Below, piece after piece: positions 46,491 through 57,496 of a DNA stretch of 64,000 nt (within the stretch, counting starts at the first letter, position 1; every line of letters begins with the position of its first letter). The position numbers and the translations under genes are program-made. Under the pieces are notes generated by a model. The model was not told the origin of the DNA. It was given only the letters and a program-made list of their open reading frames with translations, and did not search any database. This stretch comes from Monocercomonoides exilis PA203 (Eukaryota > Protista > Preaxostyla): the NCBI GenBank assembly GCA_001643675.2, contig LSRY02000005.1:992001-1056000 (forward strand), in the 5' to 3' direction.

Positions 46491-48741
46491 TATGTCAAAA
46501 TTTTTTTGAAAAGTTCCTTTTTTTTATTTTCAAATAAAATAAAAATTTCATATTTCAATCAAATTTCTGTTTTCACTTACCATAATTCTTTGCCATGTAA
46601 ACAAAATCTTTGCAACGTTATAATTGACACACTGGTAAAAGTTGGTGAGTGGGAATAGAAATTTGATTAAAATATTTCATATTCATTTTCACCTGAGAAT
46701 TAAACAAAAGGAACTTTTCAAAAAAATTTTGCCATATTTTCGTTTTTCTTTTCATTCGGAAAAAAAATGTGTCGTCACATTCCAGAACAGATGTGTGACT
46801 ATTTTTGAAATCAGACTTTTTCTGTGAACAATTTCGGTATGAAAAAAAGCGAATAATGTTTTTTATGAATGCTGAAAAGTGGAAAAACAATAAAATAGAT
46901 TATTGTGTATTGTTTTTTTTTAAAAATCAGCGTTTGTCACAATTGAAAAGCATCCCTCTGTGACATGACAAGTTCGAAAAACATTTGTCTGTAACAAAAA
47001 AAAATGGTTTTATATTAAATAAAAACAAAATGATTGAAATAATAGCAAAAACTTTAAGAAAAATTATAAAGAGCTATGGTAAATATTTATTGATTTCATC
47101 TGAAATATCTGTCTTTTTTATCTTTTGTCAGTGACGGTCAATGACAAATTATGACAAAAAATTCCTCAACTGACATTTTTTTGTCAAAATAAAAAAAAAA
47201 TTGGGAACTTAATACATAAATAAAAATTTCTATTTTTTCAAGGGAATAAGTATTATTGATAAAGATTTTCAAATTAATTATTATTGCAATTAAGAATTAT
47301 GAAATCGGTTGAAATAACCATTTTTGACAAATCATAAATGTCGCGTCAGTCATAATGTCATCGTTTTAATTTTCTTTTGTTATATCACAGAGGAATATTG
47401 ATAAGCGTGAAACATTAGAATTGAAACTTTTGATCAAATGGCAGAAAACCAAGAAATCATTTACACTCCGAAAAAAATTAAGAACACGAAAATAATCTCA
47501 CAAATTAAACCTTGTTTGATAATTTTTGGTGATTAATTCATGACATTTCTCCACAATGCACATATCATCGAATCAAAAAGGTTTGTTTATTCTGATTTGC
47601 ATTGTGTTATTATTTGACGGATTAAAAGCAAATATTACAAAATGAAATTTAGTTTAATTTAACACGGATGTTAATCATTTGCGACTTTTCAAAAAGAATA
47701 ACTGATTTTAGTTCATACTCACAAAAATTAACATGAAAGGATATAAATATTCACAAATGTCATCATTTCTTTGAAATTAACATTCAAGAAAAACATGGTG
47801 AGAATTAACTGAAACAAAATCAGAATTCACGATTAAATTTTTCTAAATAGAAATTTTTCTTAAAGTTTCTACAAATATTTGTTTCTTAATATCAAGCTAT
47901 TTTTGAAAAGAAATTGAAAAGTTGATTGTTTCTCTTATTACCAGTCATCTTGATGAATAAATTAATTAATTTTTTTACCACAAATTATAAAAATTGTTTT
48001 CATCAAAACAAACAACTTTTTTGTTTTAGGATTTTTCAAAATAAGCAAATCTTTAAAAGACTGATGGTGTTTTTATTCAGTTATTCGCTTTCAAAAACTT
48101 ATATTTATAACAACGAAAAATAACAAACTCAAAAGAAACAAATTTTAATGATTAAAAATCAATGGTGTTTGAAAAATAAGATTATAAAGAATATCAGAGA
48201 TATCGTGCACAAATGAAAAAATTCAACATTTTGGAATTACACATATGAATGGAAAAGCAGAACAAAAAAGAGATAATAAGAGGAAATTCTCACAAAGTGG
48301 TGCTTTTAACAGGTGATGATATATAAAACAAAAAAGAAAAATCTTATAAAATAACAATGGATGAAGCAAAAAAACTTTAAATGTGCTTTAAAGCACAATT
48401 AACATAAAACTTGAAAATTGAATACACAGAAGAATATTCGACTCATTATAATTGATTTGCAATAACAGAAAACGTGAAATGTAAATGTTTGAATGAATTA
48501 AAAAGTCAATAAAAAGATATAAATATTTGAACAACAAGTATTGGCGATACTCAAACCACGCACAATACATTTTCTAATACAGACTAATTCATTTTATCGA
48601 TTTCCCACACAAACTCCTTCAGCCAGGACAACTCTTCAATTTCAATTTTCATATCCCCAATTCGCGGTTCCCCAACAAACTCTTCTTCCCATCGCACACA
48701 TTCTCTTTCCAGGCAGCCACCTCCCATCCCACTCCACTTCT

Positions 48742-51700
48742 TCACGTTGCAAAGTCTATCGCATCTGACACCGTCATAACCACTGCCTCTTTCGGGAAGT
48801 GCTGAATGAACACCCTCTTCAGCTCAACAACACTCAGCCTGGCTTCGCTTTCCCCTGCCCAGCAACCCTCCACTGCTTCTGCAAGATCCGATTCCATCAC
48901 ACCTTCCACACTCGGCCTCTCCCCATTCACAATCTTCTGCCCTGCCACCTCTGCCTCGTATTCTCCAAATGGGATTTGAAGGGTCAAACACTCCCACAGC
49001 ATCATCCCGATCGAAAACACAACAGATTCCTTTGTTGCTCCCATCTTCTTGTTCATCAGCAGCTCTGGTGCCTTCCACCGCATGCACTCATATCGATTGT
49101 CCTCATCATCCTCAAAAGCCGATGAAGGAAGAGAGTCACTTTCATCGTAACTTGCAGATGTCACAACAGTTGATGATGAGATTGACAATGAATCTGAACT
49201 ATCATCAGAAGAACAGTCTGAATGCATCGCAATGCAGATCACCATATGCTCCGAGAACAACACAATGTGAGGACTCAGATTGGCAAGCGAAGAAAGAGGA
49301 TTTTCCATTTCATCAAAAGAGTGGAGTGCGAGATTGGCCACCCAGAACAAGATTTGGGCAGCTGTCTGCTCCCTCTCTTTCAATGAGCCAATCACCATCT
49401 CTTTCTTCTCGTTCCTCCCATGCAACAACATGAACAGCGAATCCCTCAGATCCACAATCAGCTTCTCGTGAGGCGATGAGCAGGCCATCGCATCCACCAG
49501 ATTCGACATGGATGAGGTGGTTGGACACAGACTCTCCGATCGAACAAAAGTTGTATCTGTGTCTGAAGTGTCTGTGGTTGAAGTGGATGAAATAGATGGC
49601 GATGATGTTCTCTTTCTTGTCTCTTCATCATCATCTTCTTTCTCATCAACCTTTTCCAGCATCCATTGAGGGATCTTGTCTGAATCTCTTCCCAAAATGT
49701 ATTCAGTGGAACTACATTCACTCAGCAATTGCTCTGATGACTCCGAGTGACCCAAGCTTTTCTCATACACCCTCTTCTTTATCCTATCATCGTTCTTCTT
49801 CTCTGCCTCTCTTTCTGCTCTTCTCCACTGGCCTTCAGGTGACATCTCCATCGTCACCATTTCAATCAACTTCGGATCTTTTTTCACCGTATCGTTCACA
49901 ATCTCTTTCAGATCTTTATTTTCATTCTTTGCACTTCTCCATCGAACAGCCAGAACAATCGATACAATCAAAGCAATCAAGAATAAAATAATAAATATAA
50001 CAGCTATTATTAATGTCAATGATTTTCCTTCTTTTCCTCCTTCAACAATTCTTTCATCTCCTTTTGGCTCAATCTCACTTCTGTTCTTCAGAATGAATGA
50101 ATCAGTTGAGGCTGGAGATTCAGACCTTCCAAATAAGATTTTCACAGACACTTCTGTTGCCTCAGATGCAGTTGTAACAATTGATGCTGGAATGGCTGTG
50201 TGAATCTCTGTTTCGCCTGCAAACTCTTCTGCTTGCAGCGGATACACCTGCAGATTGTGAACCGAGCCATCGAAGGAATCAACCTGGAGGGACAAGCCAC
50301 AGGGCAGGAGCAAGGAGCCAGCAAGATCAATCGCAAGGGCGTTGCCTTGCTGGTGAGACTTCACTGAAGCCAGTTGCGGAATGAAGAACGGAGAGGCTCT
50401 TTCTGAAGCAATTCCAGAAAGATTGCATCCCAAGTTCAAAACCCAAAGTGATGAGTTCTCTTTTAAGCCATCTCCTTCTTTCAGACTCTGAATGTTCAGC
50501 ATCGCATGGTCTGAACAGACGATGTTGTTCCTCATGGATGGATAGCCTGCTGCATTCGGGCTGTTGTTGGCAAACAATCCAAACTGCACAGAAATGCTTC
50601 CACCTGACACAGACAGCCCTCCTTTCGATGAGTTGGCAACACTCGTGTCCATTATCCTTCCTGTGCAATTCTGAAGATCAACCATCGATCCGCTCCACTG
50701 GCACAGCTCTTCTGATCGCTCATCGTTCTCTCTCAACTCTGCCGCGCTTGCTGCTCCGTCAAACGCACAAGAAGACATGCAAACATCTGCCAAATCTGCC
50801 AACGCTGCAACGCTCCCTTTTTCAGATGGCGAAGCACACTTTTTGTTCGAGCAGTTCTCCAATTCCAGCAACAAAGACGAAGACGAAGCAGCCAAGCAGC
50901 ACGGGCCAAGCGAATCTCGGGTTATGTTTTGAAATGAAGACTGCTTCAAATGGAAGGCAGAAGCATTCGATGTCACGCTCACTGCACACCCATCCCCAAG
51001 CACTGTGTTTGAAACAGCCAAGAAATTCATTTCAATATCTGTATCTTGGCATTCAACAGAAACCAACGATTCACTTGAAACGCGAGTATCATCGAATTCC
51101 AAATGATTGCCCTGGATGTTTGAATGCCCTCCCGAACCATCTGAGGAAAGCACAATCATGTTTGATCCGCTCGGAGTGCCTCTCATCTGAATGTTCTGGA
51201 GCTGACAGTCTTTGCAGTTGCGAAGAATGAGGCCTGATCGCTGAGCGCTGCAATTGGATGCATGCACCTGCTGCATGGACAGCTTTGCCAGATCGTGGAA
51301 ATCCATCAGCACTCCAGAAATAACATCTGTGAAATTCAGAAATGCACACGAGAAATATTCACCACGACTTGCTGCCAGGCATGAAGAACTGAGATGGAGG
51401 CCAGCAAAAGCGCAGTCAGACATCGTCAATCTTCCACTGCTCATTTCAACAATCGAGCAATTCAGTTCAATTCCAGATCCTCCACCAGAAGCTTCTTGAG
51501 CAAAGATTGTGTCTGCAATCGACAAGTTGCCATCAGCAAGCGACAGAAACCTCAAATGTGAAGAAGAAAAAGCATTCCCAAACAGAATTGTAAGAAATTC
51601 CAGTTTCACTCTCGACGAGCACGTTACGAGACTGTCTGTCTTGCTCTCGACGAAGAAGTTCAGGTGGAGCACTCCTTTGTCGCTCTCCTGCTCCAGCGAC

Positions 51701-54700
51701 TTGATCGTCACATCGCGTGCACTTGCTTCGCCAGACGCCAGGGCACTTTTGTCAATCAGCAAATTGCTGTAAGCAGAGGGAATGATGTGTGATAAAGCAA
51801 CATTCAACGAAGAACATGGCCCGCTGATTGCACCACACTGGAGCGTGTCAGAGGCGTTATCAGCTGAAGAAGATGCAAATATTGTCTCGCTCTGATACCC
51901 AACAATCAGCTCCAACAAATCTTCCTCGTCATAATAATTCTGTGCTGTGCATCCCCACATGGCAAGATCCCGAACAAATGGAGGTCTGAAGTCCAGCTGG
52001 AAGAGCTCAATGCTGATTTGAGATTTGATATTTGTGCATCTCACATACAGATCTCGTCCTGTGAGCGCCTTGTTGTTCACAAAAGTTGTGTTTTCCAAGA
52101 GGAACGGCAAAGGACCATCGCTCGCGATCGATGAGCAATCCAGGAATATTGCGCCTCCCCTTCCACTTTCTGAGCAGAAACACTCCGAGATAGCAGAAAA
52201 ACGGCACTCGAAAAAGCCTCCTTCGCTCAGGCTCATGATCAGTCCTCCACCTTTCTCGCTTTCGCTGCTTCCACAGTTCTTCGTCGATGTGTTTTGCACA
52301 GACACGCTGCAAGGCTCGCTGCCAGTGCAGCTGATGATGGACGGCTCAGATGGTGCATTTTGGAGAAGCGAATGGAGCGTGCAGCATTTCAGTTGCACTG
52401 TTGGACTGCCACCTTCATTCAATCTCTGCGACTCGCCTCTCCACTCAGCCTGCGCCAACACTGTCACAAGGCTTTTGCCCATCAGTTCCATGTTGCTCAT
52501 CGAGACATTCGTCAAGTCAATGCTGCTCTCATGAGATGCCATCAGAATGTGACTTTTGCATTTGATGGATTGGAACGAGCAGAATGATATTTCGCATGTT
52601 CCAGTCAGGCAGGCAACAACACAATAAGGAATGGCTGCCTCAGAAGTGCTGGTAAATGAGCAGCTTTGAGCTGCAAAAGCGCTGCCAGCTGTGCTTATCA
52701 GCTTCGTCTGCTTCCATTCAGATCCATCCCCGCAGCAGATCTCAATGTTAATGAGAGTGCATGTGCCGGTGTTTGTTAGTACAGAATCGCTTTCTTCTTC
52801 CTTTCCCGCCTGAGGCGAAATGGCTGCTCCGAAGGTCAGGGCAGGGCGAGATTTGGCGACAACTGAAGTCACAGTGATGTTTGAAATGTCAACCTCGCTG
52901 CTCACCCGTGCTTCATCGACGATCAGAAAAGTGTTCATGTTTTGTTGCGCTGGCTCTTCCAAAGCACGAAAATGGTTCTGCCCAAACTCCATTGTTGCAC
53001 ACGGCTCTTCTGCACTCCCACACCGCAGAACATCCCACCCGCTGCTCTTGCTGAGATGGATTTCTTGAGAAGCAAATCCAATCAGAAATCGGCAAAGATC
53101 GAAGTTTGTCTTCGTGCTGTCGTTCCCCACAAACAGATTTGAATCTCCCGCTGTCTCGCTGACTTCAAATGCCAGTGTCTGCTTTGTGATGGAAACATTC
53201 AGGTCTGACGAAAGAAAGAACATGTTTTTCCCGTGTTTTGCAGAGCACTGATCGAAAGCTATCTGCTGGAAGGAGAATGCATTGGAAGCCGAGCAGTCGA
53301 AATAGACCCCTCCTCCTTTTCCACCTGTTTCACACTCTGCGCAGCATTTCGTGAATGTGGCGTTTTCCATCGTAAATTGCCCTTGCGCTTCAACAACAAC
53401 TTTCATTGCGCCTCCCTCCATGCTCTCAGCTCCTTTGGCATTCGTGATATTCCAATGCAAGCACTCAACTTGGCTTGAAATTAAGGACGAAATCAACACA
53501 GCGCTATTTGCATTGCCATTTGTTATCCCTTCAAAAGAGCATTGCGAAAGAGAGATAGCCTTGTCGCTCGTCGCACCATCATTCAATAGTTTGGATGTTG
53601 AAGATGTGATCACATGAATCAGAGGATAATCGCAAAGGATAAATCCATTCACTTTAAGAGAGATAACTGTCGGAGCAGCAGCACCATTATCGCTCACTGA
53701 AATAGGTGCTTGGCAGAGGCAATCTGAATCAATCTGGCAGTCATCAATATTGAGTATCCCTCCGCACATCCGAAGCAGCCAATAACTTATCTGGCTTGGC
53801 TCTCCCATTTGCGCCCCAAATACACACTTTGTCAACGACATGTTGCTCTCAGAAGTCAAGAATATCAACGTTTCTATCTCAGCATCTAACGAAGATGGTA
53901 GCAAAAAGTGGATTAATTCAACAGATACATTCCCCGTGGCTGCAATCACTTTTCCAGTCACAGCATTCAGCGACTTGGCACAGGTTACTCCAGCTCGCAA
54001 ATCATCTGATGATTTCAAGCTCACACTGTGAAGATTCATTTCGCTTTTTATTGTTGCTGATTTGATTACAGCAATCGTCTTAACATCCAATTCTGTCAGC
54101 CTCTCCACGCAATAATCAACCGATTGGCACTGATAATCTGAGAACCCACACACCACAGTATCAGCACCATCCTCGCTTCCCACATGGATTGTGCTTCCAA
54201 CTTCCTCCAGAAACAGAACCAACGGAATCGAATGCTCGTGATCATTTCCATGAAACCCACGCAAATCATCAAAGGAGCCATGCCCAAGCGCATAAGCAAA
54301 AGGAAGTGTTTCGTTTGTGATCGATTCCTTCAGGTCTGGCGATTGAACAAACAAGTCGTTTCCATGCTTCGCTTTGTTTGGCTTTTCTGACGAAAAAGAA
54401 GGAGATGTGATGGCAAATGCTGCATTCGAGCGCTCAAGATTCAGAAAGATCCCTCCCCCAAATCCCACTCGCGAATCAAAAGGCGCCTCGCATTCTTCGA
54501 AGGAGCATTCCAAAATTGTTGCTGAGCATGTGCTTGGCAGCGAGAGGAACAGCGCCCCACCTCCATTTCCATCACCAGAAACAACACAATGCTCAAAAGT
54601 GCATCCGCTTATTGAAGCACTGCAACCATCCTCTGCTCTTTCGCTCCACACTGCATTCATGCATCCTCCATTCTGCCCGCTCTCAACATCCCAGAATGAA

Positions 54701-56919
54701 GCATTGGCAAGAGAAATAGTCTTGCAATCTGACAAAGCAATTGCACAGCCTTGAGAAAAAGAAAATCCAGAGACATTCACAAATTCCATCGTCAATGAAC
54801 CTTCGTCAACCTGAATCAGGGATTTTGTTGATGGCTGAGTCGATTGGGCGTTTTTGGTGAAACTGCACAGCTCCAACTGAACTGAGCCTGAGGAGCCGAC
54901 TGCAATCGCAGATCGGTTGAACACACAAACATATTGAATCCTCTTTGCATTCAGCGAACCATTGCCGATGGAGATCAAGCAGTCATTTGACGAGGCTTCG
55001 TTGCACTTTATTGCAGATGAGTTGCTCTCTGTTCCAATGAGAACGATATTTCTCCAGTCGATATCAATCACGCCTTCTTTGAATTCTTCACTGGCCATAA
55101 AAACATTCTGCCCCAAATACGAATTCCATCTTGTCACTCCATATTCCACTGTTTGGCATTCCGAGCCTGTTCCTCCACAAGTGTCCACATTTCTACCAGA
55201 ATTGCTGATGTGTATTTCTGGCTGAGCTGTTGGTAGATATGAGTCATGTGCAACAGCTCTATCTCCGCATATCCCTGCATATTCGACGCATTGCACAACT
55301 TTTCTTGGAGCTGTTGAAAGTGTAAAACTCTGCAATATCTGAACTGTTTTATTTGTCAAGCCAAATCCCTTTCCAATAAAAATATCTGCTGCATGTGTCG
55401 GTTCATTCACTGTATTGTTTTCAAACAAGCAAAATTGGATTTTGAGGTTCTTATTGTGATCATTACTGGATGCATCAAATCCTCCTGCACCATTCTGAGC
55501 ATTTCCTTCAAACAAATAGCAATTCGATATCACAAAATTGAGTGGTGGACTGCCAAGAAATACAGTTCCAGCATACCAGAGTAATGCCCTGCTGCATTTG
55601 AATGCGGTATTGTAAATTGATCCACTTCCTCCAATATACCATCCGACACTTCCTCCATAAGCTGCTGAACAATTCTCAAAAGTGCAGCCAAGAATCAAAG
55701 AAAATTCATTTTTAATATGAGCAAATGCTCCTCCGATAGACTGATCCCCCGTTCCTTTGCAACAATTAAATAATGAATTTTCAATGTTGCAGTCACTTCC
55801 ATTGCTAAAAATTGCACCTCCATATCCATATTGACCATTATATGTATCGATGCATTCGGAAAATGTGCATTTGTCAACAGTGAGCTTGGCACTTTCGCTG
55901 ACAGCTATTGCTCCACCTTGAGTAGCGCTGCACTCGGTGAAGCTGCAATCTTCGAATTTAATTTCTCCTTCTGAAAATGATTGTGCTTCACTCGTGAAGT
56001 TTTGGTGAGAGATGGTGTTTCTCGAACGAATGAAAGAAGTGTTCGAGGAGCCAAAACCACATCCACAAGAGCCAGAAATGAGAACACCATAAAACGGGCA
56101 AACGCAATCAGCGGCCATGCAGCCTTCCATTTTGCTCTCCTGCAAAGAATGCTTTTGTGGCAAGTTTTTGTTGTTGCTCTGAACAGAAATGTTGTGGAAG
56201 CTGCAAAAAGAAGCTGAGGCAAATGACAAATCGGCATCTCCAATGAACGGATTCGCAAACGAGGCACAAAACGAAGAAAATGTGCAACACAAAACATGAA
56301 CACGTCCCGTCAAAGGTTGCGTGCAGGAGCTTGCTGAGACAAGAGATGGCCATGCCTGCTTCCGAAAAGTCCTTTGGAATGAAATATTCATCATTCTTAT
56401 CGTTCCTCCTGCACAGTCAAAAGGAGATAACTCCGTCTCTGTCACCGCATTTATGATGCAATTGCTTACAGACAATGTGGACAATTCATTCCTCACAGAA
56501 ATGGCAGATGTGCATCTTTGGTCAATTTTTATTCGCTCAACAGCCAACGATGCGTTCAGAACCATCATCCTGCTTCTAATCCAGCTCCACTCATTCCTGC
56601 CATCATTGAGTGCATATACAACAGAATTATGATTAAATTCCCTTTCTGCATCCACCGGCAATCGTTTTGAGTTTTTTTCTGTATTTGTCAACAAGCCAAA
56701 TGAATCCAAATCCTGCATCTCTTTATCATTAACCTTCTTGATTGCATACACATTGTGCGAGGAGAGCACAATTTTATTTGTTTTTTTGATGTTTCCTAAT
56801 CCTCCAATGCTATATTCCTGCAAATCGTTCTTTTTAGATTCATCTCCTTTCCAAGCGGTATCTCCTGTGCATAAAAGAGAGGAAATAATTATAAAGACAC
56901 TAACACTCGCGAAAAGCAT
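48742..56919 (-). CDS. Giant single-pass receptor-like protein: Cys-rich GGA/FxxC beta-helix (Pmp/pectin-lyase-like) ectodomain, TM helix, degenerate TKL kinase-like tail
   Basis: Signal peptide MLFASVSVFIIISSLLC (ATG 56919). Repeated GGAI/GGAL/GGGIF and FxxC/FxxN motifs with recurring CG....PC modules. TM helix LTLIIAVIFIILFLIALIVSIVLAV near 49945-50020. C-terminal MRWKAPE and VFSIGMMLWECLTLQIPF are kinase subdomains VIII-IX. Confidence 0.8.
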   Translation of the reverse strand: MLFASVSVFIIISSLLCTGDTAWKGDESKKNDLQEYSIGGLGNIKKTNKIVLSSHNVYAIKKVNDKEMQDLDSFGLLTNTEKNSKRLPVDAEREFNHNSVVYALNDGRNEWSWIRSRMMVLNASLAVERIKIDQRCTSAISVRNELSTLSVSNCIINAVTETELSPFDCAGGTIRMMNISFQRTFRKQAWPSLVSASSCTQPLTGRVHVLCCTFSSFCASFANPFIGDADLSFASASFCSFHNISVQSNNKNLPQKHSLQESKMEGCMAADCVCPFYGVLISGSCGCGFGSSNTSFIRSRNTISHQNFTSEAQSFSEGEIKFEDCSFTECSATQGGAIAVSESAKLTVDKCTFSECIDTYNGQYGYGGAIFSNGSDCNIENSLFNCCKGTGDQSIGGAFAHIKNEFSLILGCTFENCSAAYGGSVGWYIGGSGSIYNTAFKCSRALLWYAGTVFLGSPPLNFVISNCYLFEGNAQNGAGGFDASSNDHNKNLKIQFCLFENNTVNEPTHAADIFIGKGFGLTNKTVQILQSFTLSTAPRKVVQCVEYAGICGDRAVAHDSYLPTAQPEIHISNSGRNVDTCGGTGSECQTVEYGVTRWNSYLGQNVFMASEEFKEGVIDIDWRNIVLIGTESNSSAIKCNEASSNDCLISIGNGSLNAKRIQYVCVFNRSAIAVGSSGSVQLELCSFTKNAQSTQPSTKSLIQVDEGSLTMEFVNVSGFSFSQGCAIALSDCKTISLANASFWDVESGQNGGCMNAVWSERAEDGCSASISGCTFEHCVVSGDGNGGGALFLSLPSTCSATILECSFEECEAPFDSRVGFGGGIFLNLERSNAAFAITSPSFSSEKPNKAKHGNDLFVQSPDLKESITNETLPFAYALGHGSFDDLRGFHGNDHEHSIPLVLFLEEVGSTIHVGSEDGADTVVCGFSDYQCQSVDYCVERLTELDVKTIAVIKSATIKSEMNLHSVSLKSSDDLRAGVTCAKSLNAVTGKVIAATGNVSVELIHFLLPSSLDAEIETLIFLTSESNMSLTKCVFGAQMGEPSQISYWLLRMCGGILNIDDCQIDSDCLCQAPISVSDNGAAAPTVISLKVNGFILCDYPLIHVITSSTSKLLNDGATSDKAISLSQCSFEGITNGNANSAVLISSLISSQVECLHWNITNAKGAESMEGGAMKVVVEAQGQFTMENATFTKCCAECETGGKGGGVYFDCSASNAFSFQQIAFDQCSAKHGKNMFFLSSDLNVSITKQTLAFEVSETAGDSNLFVGNDSTKTNFDLCRFLIGFASQEIHLSKSSGWDVLRCGSAEEPCATMEFGQNHFRALEEPAQQNMNTFLIVDEARVSSEVDISNITVTSVVAKSRPALTFGAAISPQAGKEEESDSVLTNTGTCTLINIEICCGDGSEWKQTKLISTAGSAFAAQSCSFTSTSEAAIPYCVVACLTGTCEISFCSFQSIKCKSHILMASHESSIDLTNVSMSNMELMGKSLVTVLAQAEWRGESQRLNEGGSPTVQLKCCTLHSLLQNAPSEPSIISCTGSEPCSVSVQNTSTKNCGSSESEKGGGLIMSLSEGGFFECRFSAISECFCSESGRGGAIFLDCSSIASDGPLPFLLENTTFVNNKALTGRDLYVRCTNIKSQISIELFQLDFRPPFVRDLAMWGCTAQNYYDEEDLLELIVGYQSETIFASSSADNASDTLQCGAISGPCSSLNVALSHIIPSAYSNLLIDKSALASGEASARDVTIKSLEQESDKGVLHLNFFVESKTDSLVTCSSRVKLEFLTILFGNAFSSSHLRFLSLADGNLSIADTIFAQEASGGGSGIELNCSIVEMSSGRLTMSDCAFAGLHLSSSCLAASRGEYFSCAFLNFTDVISGVLMDFHDLAKLSMQQVHASNCSAQRSGLILRNCKDCQLQNIQMRGTPSGSNMIVLSSDGSGGHSNIQGNHLEFDDTRVSSESLVSVECQDTDIEMNFLAVSNTVLGDGCAVSVTSNASAFHLKQSSFQNITRDSLGPCCLAASSSSLLLELENCSNKKCASPSEKGSVAALADLADVCMSSCAFDGAASAAELRENDERSEELCQWSGSMVDLQNCTGRIMDTSVANSSKGGLSVSGGSISVQFGLFANNSPNAAGYPSMRNNIVCSDHAMLNIQSLKEGDGLKENSSLWVLNLGCNLSGIASERASPFFIPQLASVKSHQQGNALAIDLAGSLLLPCGLSLQVDSFDGSVHNLQVYPLQAEEFAGETEIHTAIPASIVTTASEATEVSVKILFGRSESPASTDSFILKNRSEIEPKGDERIVEGGKEGKSLTLIIAVIFIILFLIALIVSIVLAVRWRSAKNENKDLKEIVNDTVKKDPKLIEMVTMEMSPEGQWRRAEREAEKKNDDRIKKRVYEKSLGHSESSEQLLSECSSTEYILGRDSDKIPQWMLEKVDEKEDDDEETRKRTSSPSISSTSTTDTSDTDTTFVRSESLCPTTSSMSNLVDAMACSSPHEKLIVDLRDSLFMLLHGRNEKKEMVIGSLKEREQTAAQILFWVANLALHSFDEMENPLSSLANLSPHIVLFSEHMVICIAMHSDCSSDDSSDSLSISSSTVVTSASYDESDSLPSSAFEDDEDNRYECMRWKAPELLMNKKMGATKESVVFSIGMMLWECLTLQIPFGEYEAEVAGQKIVNGERPSVEGVMESDLAEAVEGCWAGESEARLSVVELKRVFIQHFPKEAVVMTVSDAIDFAT

Positions 56920-57496
56920 AGTTCCTGCTCTTCCTCTGAAACACAAAACAATGTTAAATTTCAAATTTAAATTTATTTTGTGTTTTGATCAATTTTTCAT
57001 AATGTTGGCTTTTGGATTGGATAACACATATTTATTTTTATTTCATTTTTTTAATTCAATTTTTATTTTATTTTATTTTATTTTTCTCGTTTTGGACGAG
57101 AGCGTGGGAATTATTATAAAAAGCAAAGAGAAAACGTTTGGAACAATTCATAGTTTTTTCATAAATGTTAAATTTTGCAACAATTCGGATAGTGGAAAAT
57201 ATTAATATTTGGACTTGAAGACTTATGCAACATTTATGTGAGTATATTTATTTTTAAAATAACAAAGCAGTCGCATATTACCACTTCTTCAAGAAACAAA
57301 AACTTTCACTCACAAAAAACATTCTTTATAATATTGTGAAAATAAAACGTTATTTTATTATTTGTTCAGAGATTTGTGACAAATAAAATATGTCATTGAT
57401 TTCACCAATAATTGACATTTGAATGGAGAAATAATTAAAAATTAAAACTGAAATCATTGATTCAATCTTAAAGTAATGGGATGATTGATCAATAAA

